A stretch of 64,000 nt of DNA from Armatimonadota bacterium (lineage in GTDB: Bacteria > Armatimonadota > SYMT01), in contig JAWLHY010000003.1 of the NCBI GenBank assembly GCA_041690135.1, positions 640,001-704,000 of the forward strand, read 5' to 3'. This document shows positions 8,647 through 19,096 of this stretch, one piece after another. Both the position numbers and the translations under genes were made by a program. Position 1 is the stretch's first letter, and each line of letters starts with the position of its first letter. The notes below the pieces were generated by a model that saw only the letters and a list, made by a program, of their open reading frames with translations, searched no databases and was not told the origin of the DNA.

Positions 8647-10164
8647 CTACCTGATCATGCCGCCGGCGCCATAGTAGGGATAGCCGTCCCACGGCGCGCG
8701 GCCCTGCTGGCGGGGATCTCCGGTCTTGCGGAGGATCTCCTCCAGGCGCGCGGTCATCTTCTTGCGAGAGCGCGTGAACGCAGGGTCGGCAGCCACGTTA
8801 CGGAGTTGGTCCGGGTCGCTCTTCAGGTCGTACAGCTCCTCGGCGGGACGTCGCCCCACCGCCAGCTCGTAGAACCGCTGGACCGTCGGGTCGTCCCGGT
8901 GCTCCAGCAGGTACTCCTTCGTCGCGCCCCGGTCGATGTCCCCGAAGACCCCCTGCGGCTTCGCGTCGAGGTCGGGATCTCCTGCCGGCCAGCGGTCCGG
9001 TTCATAGTTCCGGATATAGAGAAAGTCATCCGTCCGGAGCCCGCGCATCGGATAGCCCTGCCGGTCGCGGCGGCAAAGGGTATGGCGCTCGAAGGCGATC
9101 ACGGCGGAGTCGCGGGACCGGTCCACGCGACCCGCGCGTTTGGAGGTGAGCACCGGCCAGAGGCTGCGCGCCGTCATCTCCTTCGGCGCTAGGACCCCCG
9201 CGGCTTCCAGCAGGGTGGGGGCCAGGTCCGGCAACGAAGCGAAGTCCGTCAGCACCCTTCCGCCCGCAATCTTTCCGGGGTAGCGGACCACGAGCGGGAC
9301 CCGGGTGCCCGCATCGTAGAGGTTGCACTTCGCGCGCGGCAGCGGGTTGCCGTGATCCGAGGTGAACACCACGAGGGTGCGGTCCAACTCCCCGCTCCGC
9401 TCCAGCGCGGCGAGCGCTCGTCCCAGGTGCTCGTCCGCGTGCTCGATCTCGGTGCTGTAGTCGAGCACCTCTTCCCGGATTTCGGGGCGGTCCGGCCAGC
9501 AGGCGAAGAGGCGGGCCTGCTCCAGCGCCTTGCCGCGTTTCAGCCCCAGGCCCTTTGCATAGCTCTGGTGCGGCTCCGAGGTCCCCAGCCAGAAGCAGAA
9601 CGGCCGGTCCTTTGTCCGTTCCGCCAGGAACTCCTCGAAGTTACCGGCGTAATCGACCGGCGACATACCGGGCGGGTTCATCTGCCGCTTCTGCGCGTAC
9701 GTCTTGCCGAAGGGGTGGACCGGAAACTCCGCCGCGGGCAGGAAACCGGGGCTCCACGTCTTGCCCGTGCTGCCCATGGTGTAGCCCGCCTCCTGGAGCC
9801 GGATCGTCCACATGGGGAACTTCGGCAGCAGCCGGCCCATCAGCAGACCGCTCTCCTCCAGCCGGTAGATCGGCTGCCCCGTGAGGATGGCGCTCCGGGA
9901 GGGCGTGCAGGAAGGGCAGGCGGTGAACGCGTTGTCGAAGCGCACCCCCTCTCGCGTCAGGCGATCCACGTTGGGAGTGCGGATGTGACGGTCCCCGTAC
10001 GCGCCCAGGTGCGCCGCCGACTGGTCGTCCGTGATCACGAAGAGGATGTTCGGCCGGTTCCGGGCGGCCCCCGGCTCCGCGGCCCGGAGTTGGGGCATCG
10101 ATACCCCATGCACACCGACCGCCACGCCAGCCACGCCAAAAAGGGACAAGAAGGGGAATTTCAT
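8647..10164 (-). CDS. sulfatase (N-sulfoglucosamine sulfohydrolase-like)
   Basis: PNILFVITDDQS, CTPSR, FTSDHG, ELYDL..DP.Q..N.A; signal peptide. Confidence 0.93.
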   Translation of the reverse strand: MKFPFLSLFGVAGVAVGVHGVSMPQLRAAEPGAARNRPNILFVITDDQSAAHLGAYGDRHIRTPNVDRLTREGVRFDNAFTACPSCTPSRSAILTGQPIYRLEESGLLMGRLLPKFPMWTIRLQEAGYTMGSTGKTWSPGFLPAAEFPVHPFGKTYAQKRQMNPPGMSPVDYAGNFEEFLAERTKDRPFCFWLGTSEPHQSYAKGLGLKRGKALEQARLFACWPDRPEIREEVLDYSTEIEHADEHLGRALAALERSGELDRTLVVFTSDHGNPLPRAKCNLYDAGTRVPLVVRYPGKIAGGRVLTDFASLPDLAPTLLEAAGVLAPKEMTARSLWPVLTSKRAGRVDRSRDSAVIAFERHTLCRRDRQGYPMRGLRTDDFLYIRNYEPDRWPAGDPDLDAKPQGVFGDIDRGATKEYLLEHRDDPTVQRFYELAVGRRPAEELYDLKSDPDQLRNVAADPAFTRSRKKMTARLEEILRKTGDPRQQGRAPWDGYPYYGAGGMIR

Positions 10165-10374
10165 CGCAACTCAAGACCTTCACCGATCCAGCGCACCATC
10201 GCGAGTCGGCCGCCATTCATTTCGCGATCCACCGTCCGATCCCCTTGCCAGCCCAACGTTTACCACCCGAGGGGTGGCCCAATGCCCAATGCCCAACGCC
10301 CGCGAAGCCCGTCCGTCCGGTTAGTCGGCGGGAAGGGGAGGGTAAAGCAGAGCGCGGAAGGGAGCGTCGGGAAT

Positions 10375-11670
10375 ATGGGAACCGAGACACTGAGCCGGAG
10401 AGAACTGCTGGTTGGGGTGAGCGTGGGGGCGGCGGTGCTGGGCGGCGCCGCGGGGTGTAACCGGGGAGAAGAGCGGACGGAGGCCAGTTCCCGAAGGCCC
10501 CCCAGTGAGGAAGATCGAGAGTGGTCTTCCGTGCGCCGGCAGTTCCGGCTCGATCGGGATTACATCCACCTGGCGGGGCTGCTCCTCGCCTCGCACCCGG
10601 ACCCGGTGCGGGAGGCGATCGAGCGCCATCGCCGGGAGTTGGATGAGAACCCGGCGCTCTACCTCACCGGCAACAGCCGGGAACTGGAGTCGGAAGTCCG
10701 CGAGGCCGCCGCCGAGTATATGGGGACCCGTGCCCAGGACCTCGCCCTCACGGACAGCACCACCATGGGGACGGCGCTGGTTTACAACGGCGTGGAGATC
10801 ACCGAGGGGCAGGAGTTCCTCACCGCGCGGTTCGACTACTACTCCACGCACCAGGCGATCCGATACAAAGCCCGGAGGACCGGCGCCACCGTGCGGGAAA
10901 TCCCGCTCTACCAGGATGTTCGCACCGTCACCGCCGAGGAGATTGTGGAGAACCTGATGCGAGAGGTCCGGCCGGAAACCCGCGTCATCACCGCCACCTG
11001 GGTGCATTCCTCGACCGGCCTCAAGATGCCGATCCGGCAGATCGCCGACCGGTTACCCGAGATCAACGCCGGACGCGGATCGGCCTCACGCGTCCTGCTC
11101 GCGGTCGACGGCGTCCACGGCCTGGGGGTGGAGGCGACCCCCATCCCGGAGCTGCGGTGCGACTTCTTCATGGCCGGAACCCATAAGTGGTTGTTTGGGC
11201 CGCGGGGCACCGGCATCCTGTGGGGCAACCCGGAAACCCAGGCGCACGTAACTCCGACCATCCCCACCTTCAGCCGGCTGGAAGGCTGGGGGTCCTGGAT
11301 GACGCCCGGCGGGTTCAAACCGTACGAGCATCAGTGGGCGCTGGTGGAGGCGTTCCGCTACCATCAGCGGCTGGGGAAGGAACGGGTGCAGGAGCGGATC
11401 CATGCGCTGGCCCGGCACCTGAAGGAGGGCCTCGCCGGGATGCAGCACGTCACGCTCTACACCCCCATGGACGACGCGCTTTCCGCCGGGATCGTCTGCT
11501 TCATGGTGGATGGCCTGAGCCCGGAGCAGGTGGTCTCCCGCCTCCAGGACCGGGGGATTGTGGCTAGCACCACCCCTTACTCGCCTTCCTATGCTCGCCT
11601 GACTCCCGGCGTGTACAACACCACCGCCGAACTGGACCGCGCCCTCAGCGCAATCCGGGATCTGGCTTAG
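10375..11670 (+). CDS. Tat-exported class V PLP aminotransferase (PvdN / isopenicillin-N-epimerase-like), possibly a lipoprotein
   Basis: MGTETLSRRELL...GAAGC; VDGVHG and AGTHKWLFGPRGTG PLP-lysine motif. Confidence 0.85.
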   Translation: MGTETLSRRELLVGVSVGAAVLGGAAGCNRGEERTEASSRRPPSEEDREWSSVRRQFRLDRDYIHLAGLLLASHPDPVREAIERHRRELDENPALYLTGNSRELESEVREAAAEYMGTRAQDLALTDSTTMGTALVYNGVEITEGQEFLTARFDYYSTHQAIRYKARRTGATVREIPLYQDVRTVTAEEIVENLMREVRPETRVITATWVHSSTGLKMPIRQIADRLPEINAGRGSASRVLLAVDGVHGLGVEATPIPELRCDFFMAGTHKWLFGPRGTGILWGNPETQAHVTPTIPTFSRLEGWGSWMTPGGFKPYEHQWALVEAFRYHQRLGKERVQERIHALARHLKEGLAGMQHVTLYTPMDDALSAGIVCFMVDGLSPEQVVSRLQDRGIVASTTPYSPSYARLTPGVYNTTAELDRALSAIRDLA

Positions 11671-12262
11671 CAACCCGCCGGAGGCGCTCCACGGCCCGGT
11701 GCCGCCATCGCTCGCGGAAGTGCTCCCCGATCACGACGAAACCGGCAGCGCTCCACCAGTTGGGTGGGTCTCCCAACTGCCAGCAGTCCTCGATCCGGAC
11801 CCGGACCTCGCCGGTCCGGGCATCCTCCAGCAGCGTGAACCACTGGACGCCGCTCTCGATGTGCCCGCGCAGCGTTTCGTAGCGATAGCCGAAGATGCGC
11901 CCGTGCGCGTGCGGCTCCTCGGTCACCTTCCGGACCCGCACGCCGTTGAGGAAGTGGAAACCGTAAGCCCGGAACTCGAGGAGCATGTTGCGACCCAGGA
12001 GCGGCGCCTCGGGATCGAAGTAGGACACCGCAATGGAGGGATCGGAGAACTCGTACCCGCAGAGCGCCTGTTTCGCCCGCTCGAACAGCTCGCCGCCCCG
12101 GTCATGACCGAGCGAAGCTTCGAGCTGATCCTGCTTCCAGCCGGCTTCCTCGCTCATCTCATCCAGGGGAACCTGGAAGTTGACCTCGCACTGCTCCAGT
12201 TCACCCAGGTACTGCCGGATCTCCCGCTTCGACCACCCCCGCCCGTAACGCCAGTGCGCCAT
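11645..12262 (-). CDS. DUF1990-like protein
   Basis: FERAKQAL..Y...RV...FGYRYETLRGHIESG motif; GGGAGGGGAG RBS before ATG 12262. Confidence 0.7.
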   Translation of the reverse strand: MAHWRYGRGWSKREIRQYLGELEQCEVNFQVPLDEMSEEAGWKQDQLEASLGHDRGGELFERAKQALCGYEFSDPSIAVSYFDPEAPLLGRNMLLEFRAYGFHFLNGVRVRKVTEEPHAHGRIFGYRYETLRGHIESGVQWFTLLEDARTGEVRVRIEDCWQLGDPPNWWSAAGFVVIGEHFRERWRHRAVERLRRVAKPDPGLR

Positions 12263-12276
12263 TCTCCCCTCCCGTG

Positions 12277-12320
12277 CCTTCTTCCCCCGGCTCTTCTTCC
12301 CCCGGCTCTTCTTCCCCCGG
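12277..12320. repeat. 15-bp tandem repeat x3 (CTCTTCTTCCCCCGG)
   Basis: Seen directly, just upstream of the DUF1990 start. Confidence 0.85.
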
Positions 12321-12424
12321 AAGCCACGCAATCAAAGTTCGGCGGCTCCGAGGTTGAGCCCCGCACCCGGCGGGTAGGTACCCAACGCGGGACTCCAGGC
12401 ACCGGTTCCAGAGAGGAGCAAACG

Positions 12425-12976
12425 ATGGCCGGCACCGACACATACACGCATGCGCGAGCGCTGCCGCTGCCGGAAGAAGGCGCCGCGGACGGCCAGGCGC
12501 AAAACCACCGCATCCGTCGGCTCACCATCGCCGGCCTCTGCACGCTCGGGGTGGCGGACTCCCTCTACATGCTGGCCTTCACGGAGGGTCTCATCGACTC
12601 CATGGCCTGTCCCTTCTTCGGGGAAGGCTGCGAGATCGTCGGGCGTTCCGAGCACGCGAAGCACTTCGGCGTGCCCAACTCGGCGGTCGGCGCCGTGGGC
12701 TACGCGGCCATGGCGGCTCTCGCCCTCTGGGGCGCGCGCAAGCAACCCGACGAGAAACCATGGCAGCCCCTCGCCCTCGCCGGCTTGGCCACCGCCTCGC
12801 TGGGGGTGAGCGCCTACCTGACCTACGAACAGGCCGCCAAAGTCCGCGCCTGGTGTTTCTGGTGCCTCAGCTCCGCGGCCATCAACGTAGCCGTTTGGGG
12901 GCTCTCACTTCCGGAAGCTAGCGAAGGCTGGGAAGAAAGACACGGCGTTTCGCATCCGCCCTCCCGTGGTAGGTGA
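12425..12976 (+). CDS. vitamin K epoxide reductase (VKOR) family membrane protein
   Basis: Loop cysteines CPFFGEGC, S..A..FGVPNS, active-site CFWC; GAGGAG RBS. Confidence 0.9.
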   Translation: MAGTDTYTHARALPLPEEGAADGQAQNHRIRRLTIAGLCTLGVADSLYMLAFTEGLIDSMACPFFGEGCEIVGRSEHAKHFGVPNSAVGAVGYAAMAALALWGARKQPDEKPWQPLALAGLATASLGVSAYLTYEQAAKVRAWCFWCLSSAAINVAVWGLSLPEASEGWEERHGVSHPPSRGR

Positions 12977-13078
12977 TAGCCAGGCACGGAATCGGCACGC
13001 TGGGTCCCGATCCGCTGCCCGCTCCCATCGCAGGACTCTTTCCAACCGGGGGAAGGGTTTGCGTGGGACAGGAAGATC

Positions 13079-16000
13079 ATGGCGGAAAGATCCTCACGCA
13101 GCTTGCTCCGAAGTCTTCTCGAACGCTGGCCGGCCTACCAGGACCTGCAGGAGTGGCGCCAGGGCAAGCCCTTCACGGAAGTGGGCCTGGGCCCCACGGC
13201 CGTCTCACCGCAAACTCGCGGCATGGAGCCGCGCACCCGCAGCGCGGACAAGGCGGTGCCGAGCGTCTGTCCCTTCTGCGCCGTGGGCTGCTCGCAGCTC
13301 ATTTACGTGCGCGACGGCAAGATCATCGATATCGAGGGGAACCCGGCCTCCCCGATCAATGCGGGCACGCTTTGCCCCAAGGGAGCGGCAACGTTCGGCC
13401 TTTACGTCAATCCCTCGCGCGTGACGACCGTGAAGTATCGCGCGCCCTACTCGGACCGCTGGGAGGAGAAGCCGCTCGACTGGGCCATGGACCGCATCGC
13501 GCAGCTCGTCAAGGAGACGCGCGACCGCGCCTACCAGGAGAAGGACCCGGAAACCGGGAAGACGCTGAACCGCTGCCCCAATATCGCCAGCCTGGGCGGG
13601 GCCACCCTGGACAACGAAGAGAACTACCTCATGAAAAAGCTCTTCGGAGGCGGCCTGGGGATGGTCTGGATCGAGAACCAGGCCCGCGTTTGACACAGCA
13701 GCACGGTGCCCGGTCTGGGCACCTCTTTCGGACGGGGCGGCGCGACGACGGCGCAGTGGGACCTGCAGAACGCCCAGTGCATCGTGATCGAAGGCTCCAG
13801 TATGGCGGAGAACCATCCGGTCGCCTACCGCTTCGTGATGAAAGCGAAGGAGCGGGGAGCCACGATCATCCACGTCGATCCCCGGTTCTCGCGCACCTCG
13901 TCCCTGGCGGATCTCCACGTCCCCATCCGGCCGGGCTCGGACATTGCCTGGCTGGGCGGACTGATCAACTACGTGCTCCAGAACGATCTCTACTTCCGGG
14001 AGTACGTCATCCCTTACACCAACGCCGCCAGCATCGTGAGCGAAGACTTCGAGGATACGGAGGATCTGGACGGCCTCTTCTCCGGCTATGACCCGGAGGA
14101 GCGCCGGCACCAGGTGGACACCTGGCAGTACGAGGGACAGCCGGTCCCCGCGCCCGGGTACAACCCGGTCCAGCTCTCCACGCAGGAGCACATCCCACAG
14201 ACCGAGTCGCTCACCGAGAAGCCGATCCCGCGCGACGAAACCCTGCAGCACCCGCGCTGTGTGCTCCAGATCCTGAAGCGGCACTTCGCCCGCTACACTC
14301 CGGAGATGGTGGCGAAGACGTGCGGCATCCCGGAAGAGCTGTTCCACCAGGTCGCGCGGGTGCTGGTCGAGAACTCCGGACGCGAGCGGACGACGGCCTG
14401 GTGCTACGCGGTAGGCTGGACCCAGCACACCAAGGGCGTGCAGATCATCCGCGCCGCCGCGATCCTGCAGCTTCTCCTGGGCAATATCGGCCGGCCGGGT
14501 GGCGGAATCCTGGCCCTGCGCGGCCATGCGACGATCCAGGGCAGCACCGACATTCCCACCCTTTACGATATGCTGCCGACCTACCTCGGCCAGCCGAGCG
14601 CGCAGAAGAAGCACGAACACCTGGAGGAGTACATCCAGACGGAGCAGTCGCCCACGGGGTGGTGGGTCAATTATCCCAAGTACATCGTCAGCCTGCTGAA
14701 GGCCTGGTACGGCGATGCCGCGCGGGAAGAGAACGAGTACTGCTTCGACCACCTTCCGCGGATCACGGGAGACCACTCCCAGCTCCCGATGACCATGGCC
14801 ATCCACGACGGCGAGATCCAGGGGCTGTTCCTGATGGGCCAGAACCCGGCCGTGGGCGGTCAGCACGCGGGGTTCATCCGGAAGGCGCTCGCCAGCCTCG
14901 ACTGGATGGTGGTCCGCGACGGCTTCGAGCATGAAACCGCCGCGTTCTGGTACGCCTCGCCGGAAGTGCGGCGCGGCGAGATGGATCCGAAACAGATCAA
15001 GACAGAGGTCTTCCTGCTGCCCGCCGCGCTCGCGGGGGAGAAGGACGGAAGCTTCACCAACACGCACCGCCTGGTCCAGTGGCACGACAAGGCGGTCGAG
15101 GCGCCGGGGGATGCGCGCGGCGAGCCGTGGTTCATGTATCACCTGGGCATGCGGCTGCGGAAGCTCTACGCCCAGGACCCCGAGCCCGAGTCGATCCGGG
15201 TGCGGCAACTGCTGGACCTCACCTGGAGCTACCCCCTGGAAGGGGAGCGCCAGGAGCCGGTCGTCGAAAGCGTGCTGCAAGAGATCAACGGCTATCACGT
15301 CACCGACCGCAAGCCGGTGCAGAGCTTTGAGGATCTGCAGGACGACGGGTCGACGGCCTGTGGGGGGTGGCTCTACTGCGGGGTAATGCCGGAGCCGGGC
15401 GTCAACCTGGCCCGTAACCGGCTGCCGGACCCCGTGGAAGGGCCCGGCACGCACCGGAACTGGGGCTATGCCTGGCCTTCGAACCGGCGCATTCTGTACA
15501 ACCGCGCCTCCGCGGACCCGGACGGAAAGCCGTGGTCCGAGCAGAAACGATTGGTCTGGTGGGATCCGGAACAGGGGGTTTGGACCGGCAATGACAACCC
15601 GGACTTCCCCCGGGAAAAAGCGCCGGACTACCGTCCCGACTGGAGCCGGAACCCTCGGGGGATGGATGCGCACCCCGGCACCGCCCCCTTCATCATGATT
15701 GCGGACGGCCTGGGCTGGCTCTACGCCCCCTCCGGGCTTCAGGACGGCCCACTGCCGGCGCATTACGAGGCAGTCGAGTCGCCGGTCCGCAATCCCCTCT
15801 ACGGCCAGCAGATCAGCCCCACTTGCCAGGTCTACCATCGGCCGGAGAACCCGATCCACGCGGTGGACGACCCGGCGTACCCCTACGTGGTGACCAGCTA
15901 CCGCCTCACGGAGCACCACACCGGCGGCACGATGAGCCGCTGGATACCGTGGCTGGCGGAGATGCAACCGGAAGCCTTCGTGGAGATCAGCGAAGAGCTG

Positions 16001-16333
16001 GCCGCCGAGAAGGGCATCGAGAACGGGGATTGGGTCACCGTCTACACCGCGCGCGCCGAGACGGAGATGCGGGCGCTGGTTACGCCCCGCATCCAGCCGC
16101 TCCACCTCGACGGGCGCACCGTCCACGTGGTCGCGATGCCGTGGCACTACGGCTACATTGGGTTGGCGCAGGGAGACGTGGCCAACGACCTCTGCTCCCT
16201 GGTGACCTCCCCGAACATCAGCATCCACGAAGCGAAAGCTTTTACCTGCAACCTGCGGCCGGGCCGCCGTGCGAATGCCGAGAACACCCCGGTGGGGCAC
16301 GCCGGGAATGGAGAACGGAACCAGCGATCATGA
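13079..16333 (+). CDS. fdnG: selenocysteine-containing formate dehydrogenase alpha subunit (Mo/W-bisPGD); Sec at TGA 13691-13693
   Basis: Two ORF-track pieces are in frame across ENQARV-U-HSSTVPGLGTSFGRGG; CPFCAVGC...LCPKG 4Fe-4S motif; ALRGH; C-terminal YRLTEHH; SECIS follows the UGA. Confidence 0.93.
13705..13723 (+). promoter_or_regulatory. bacterial SECIS element
   Basis: Hairpin GGTGCCC-GGTCT-GGGCACC starting 11 nt after the in-frame UGA, with the GGUCUG apical sequence also seen in the E. coli fdhF SECIS. Confidence 0.9.
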
Positions 16334-17268
16334 GTGAAACCGAGGGGGCCGGGGAAGTCCGGCACGGACCGTTTCCGAGTGGGCAAACTCCTTCCCGTGA
16401 ATGGCCGTTCTACTACGATTATGCCACCGAATGCCCGCCTCCCCCGGGCATCGAGGCGGAGAAGACCTCCGGCTACCCCGTGCGGCCGGGGGAGGACTAC
16501 GGCTTCTTTACCGACACGACGCTCTGCATCGGCTGCAAAGCCTGCGAGGTGGCGTGCAAGGAGTGGAACCAGCTTCCCGCCGACCACATCGAGTGGCGGG
16601 CCACCAGCTACGACCAGACGCGCAGCCTGGGCCACAGCACGTGGCGCCATGTGAAGTTCATCGAGCAGCGTCAGGCGGAGGGCGAGCGGCCCCGCTGGCT
16701 TTTCCAGAGTGACATCTGCAAGCACTGCGCGCACGCCGGCTGCCTGGAGGCCTGCCCCACGGGCGCCATCGTCCGCACGGAGTACGGCTCCGTGCTGATC
16801 CAGCAGGATGTCTGCAACGGCTGCCTTTACTGCATTCCAAGTTGCCCGTTCGGCGTGATCACCCTCGACCGGGAGAGCGACGCCAAGGCGCACAAGTGCA
16901 CCTTTTGCTACGACCGGCTCCAGGACGGCATGGAACCCGCCTGCGCCAAGTCGTGCCCCACCGACTCGATCCAGTTCGGCCCGATCACGCAACTGCGAGC
17001 CCGCGCCCAGGCCCGGGTGGAAGCCCTGCACGATCAGGGATTTCCCGAGGCCCAGCTCTACGGCGACCCAGGCGGGCAGGGCGCAACGAACGGGGTGGAA
17101 GCCCTCAACAGCTTCTTCCTCCTGATGGATCACCCGAACGTCTACGGCCTCCCCGAGGCCCCGAAACTACCGGCCCGCCAGGTGGCTCCCGGCTTGCTCA
17201 CCAGCCTCGCCGCCGGCGTGCTCCTCATCGGCGCCACCGCCGCCGCCCTGCTGGGAAGTAGGCGGTAG
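16330..17268 (+). CDS. fdnH: formate dehydrogenase iron-sulfur (beta) subunit with C-terminal TM anchor
   Basis: CIGCKACEVAC, CKHC..AGCLEACP, CNGCLYCIPSCP, KCTFC...PACAKSCP; ATGA overlap with the alpha subunit. Confidence 0.92.
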   Translation: MSETEGAGEVRHGPFPSGQTPSREWPFYYDYATECPPPPGIEAEKTSGYPVRPGEDYGFFTDTTLCIGCKACEVACKEWNQLPADHIEWRATSYDQTRSLGHSTWRHVKFIEQRQAEGERPRWLFQSDICKHCAHAGCLEACPTGAIVRTEYGSVLIQQDVCNGCLYCIPSCPFGVITLDRESDAKAHKCTFCYDRLQDGMEPACAKSCPTDSIQFGPITQLRARAQARVEALHDQGFPEAQLYGDPGGQGATNGVEALNSFFLLMDHPNVYGLPEAPKLPARQVAPGLLTSLAAGVLLIGATAAALLGSRR

Positions 17269-17312
17269 GCAGATGGCAGTGGGCAGTAAGCAGTCGGCGA
17301 AAGGCGGAAGGC
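17262..17312. repeat. heptamer-period repeat (GGCAGTA-like)
   Basis: gcggtag gcagatg gcagtgg gcagtaa gcagtcg gcgaaag gcggaag. Confidence 0.55.
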
Positions 17313-17487
17313 GCTGTACTTGCACCTGGAGAAGTAGGGCGGAGGCTCCCCTACGGGCAAGCTGTCCCCGCCGGGCTTTGGGCTCGCCCCCGTCCTGCCG
17401 TGTGGGCTCCGCTTACCCCGGCATATAGGAACCCGCGAGGCAAAAGGTAACTTGAGGCTCACCCCGGACTGAGCATCGGCACTGAGA

Positions 17488-17640
17488 AGCCCCGGAGGGG
17501 CACCAGGGAATAGCCAGGGGAGCGAGCCTCCGGATGTGAAGCCCGCACAGAATAGCCCCGGAGGGGCGGCAGAGCATAGCCGGGGGTGCAAACCCCCGGA
17601 CGTGATGCCGACACAGAAGAGCCCTGGAAGGGCGACAGAG
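17488..17640. repeat. REP-like tandem array, 66-bp period x3 (family B)
   Basis: AGCCCCGGAGGGGC hairpins at 17488, 17554 and 17620; the first two are followed by a second hairpin such as CCGGGGGTGCAAACCCCCGG. Confidence 0.75.
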
Positions 17641-17702
17641 CAACGCACGTTGAGGAGAACGGTACCGCTCTGGACGACAGCAGCAGGCGGAAGGAATAAC
17701 GA

Positions 17703-18827
17703 ATGGCGCTACCGACCGAAACAACCCAACCGCAAACGGACCTGTTCGAGGAGGCTTCCCCTCCGGCGGCGATCATCCCCCTTCAAGAGGTCCTGGAGAA
17801 CACCCGGCAGCTCGCCTCGCTGGCCCCGGAATACCTTGCCGGCCACGCCGCGGCGAACCAGCGGAAGGACGGCCATCCCACCCCGGCCGAGGCGGACTAT
17901 TACGGCCTTCCCGCCATCAAGAAACCGGAGTGGGAGTGGTACATCCCCGCCTACTTCTGGTGCGGCGGGGTGGCCAGCGGCGCCTACATCACGGCGGCCC
18001 TGCTCGACCTGCGCCACCGGCCGGAGGACGCGGCCCTCGTTCGAGCCGGACGGTACATCGCCCTCACGGGCGCGGCGGTCAGTCCGGTGCTGCTGATCGC
18101 GGACCTGGGCCGCCCCGAGCGGTGGTACAACATGCTCCGTGTGTTCCGTCCCCGGTCGATGATGAATATGGGGGCCTGGGCGCTGGTGGCCTTCGGCGCC
18201 TTCACCGCTAAGGCGGCCGGTCTCCAGGTGCTCCAGGACCTCGCGCCGGAGAGCCGCGTCACCCGGTGGCTGCTTCCGGTGGGACGGGTCGTCACGGCGG
18301 CGGGCATTGCTCCCGCGGCCGTGATCGGCACTTACACCGGCTTGCTGCTCGCGGCGACCAACGTCCCCCTGTGGGCGGGCAGTCGCCGCACGATCGGCCC
18401 GCTCTTCTTCTGCTCTGCCATGTCCACGGGGATGGCGGCGGTGGACCTGACTTCCCGCATGCTGGGACCGGTCAGCGAAGCCGCGGAGGAACGCCTGAAA
18501 AAGGCCGAGGGGATCGCCCTGGGAGCTGAGCTGGCAATGACCGCCGGCGCGGCGGCCGAGCTGGGCGGGCTGGCGAAGCCCCTGGCCGGGGGAAAATGGG
18601 GGCGCGCCCTGCAGTTGGGCAGCATCGGGCTCGGCATGGTGGCGCCGCTCGTACTGCGGGAGGTAGGAAAACACCTGTCGCCCCGCCCTCGCAAGACCCT
18701 CGGGCTCCTGGCTTCCGCGTTGGTCCTGGCCGGCGGCGCCGTGATGCGCTTTGCCATAACGGAGGCGGGCAAGGAGCAGTGCGACGATCCGCAAGCTTAC
18801 TTCGACTACACGAGGCCGGAAGCATGA
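17703..18827 (+). CDS. nrfD: NrfD/PsrC-family membrane anchor of the FDH complex
   Basis: IKKPEWEWYIPAYFWCGG, LIADLGRPERW..M, S.M..GAW, YTGLLL..TNVPLW. Confidence 0.9.
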   Translation: MALPTETTQPQTDLFEEASPPAAIIPLQEVLENTRQLASLAPEYLAGHAAANQRKDGHPTPAEADYYGLPAIKKPEWEWYIPAYFWCGGVASGAYITAALLDLRHRPEDAALVRAGRYIALTGAAVSPVLLIADLGRPERWYNMLRVFRPRSMMNMGAWALVAFGAFTAKAAGLQVLQDLAPESRVTRWLLPVGRVVTAAGIAPAAVIGTYTGLLLAATNVPLWAGSRRTIGPLFFCSAMSTGMAAVDLTSRMLGPVSEAAEERLKKAEGIALGAELAMTAGAAAELGGLAKPLAGGKWGRALQLGSIGLGMVAPLVLREVGKHLSPRPRKTLGLLASALVLAGGAVMRFAITEAGKEQCDDPQAYFDYTRPEA

Positions 18828-19096
18828 AGAACAACCGCCGCCGGAACGAAGGCTGGGCGCTCCAGGCCAATCTTCCCACCTCCGGCTCCCTGCACGGCGT
18901 GATCACCATCGTCCAGGAAGACCGCTTCCGCCTGGAAGATGCCCTGGGCCGTGGTTATCTCTTCACCCTGGGCCGCAAGGTGGCCCTGTCGCTACAGGAC
19001 CTCCAGAACTTCAGCCGCGGACGCACCCCCGTCACCGTCGAGTTCGAAGGCGCCCCCGACCTGGGCGCAGTCGCCACCGCTGTGCACACATGCTGA
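18824..19096 (+). CDS. small FDH-operon hypothetical protein (90 aa)
   Basis: ATGA overlap with nrfD; GVITIVQEDRFRLED..GRGYLFTL beta-rich sequence. Confidence 0.65.
   Translation: MKNNRRRNEGWALQANLPTSGSLHGVITIVQEDRFRLEDALGRGYLFTLGRKVALSLQDLQNFSRGRTPVTVEFEGAPDLGAVATAVHTC

Noticed and set aside
13079-13693. FDH alpha as a split gene or pseudogene
   Set aside because: The UGA sits at the catalytic Sec position and is followed by a canonical SECIS
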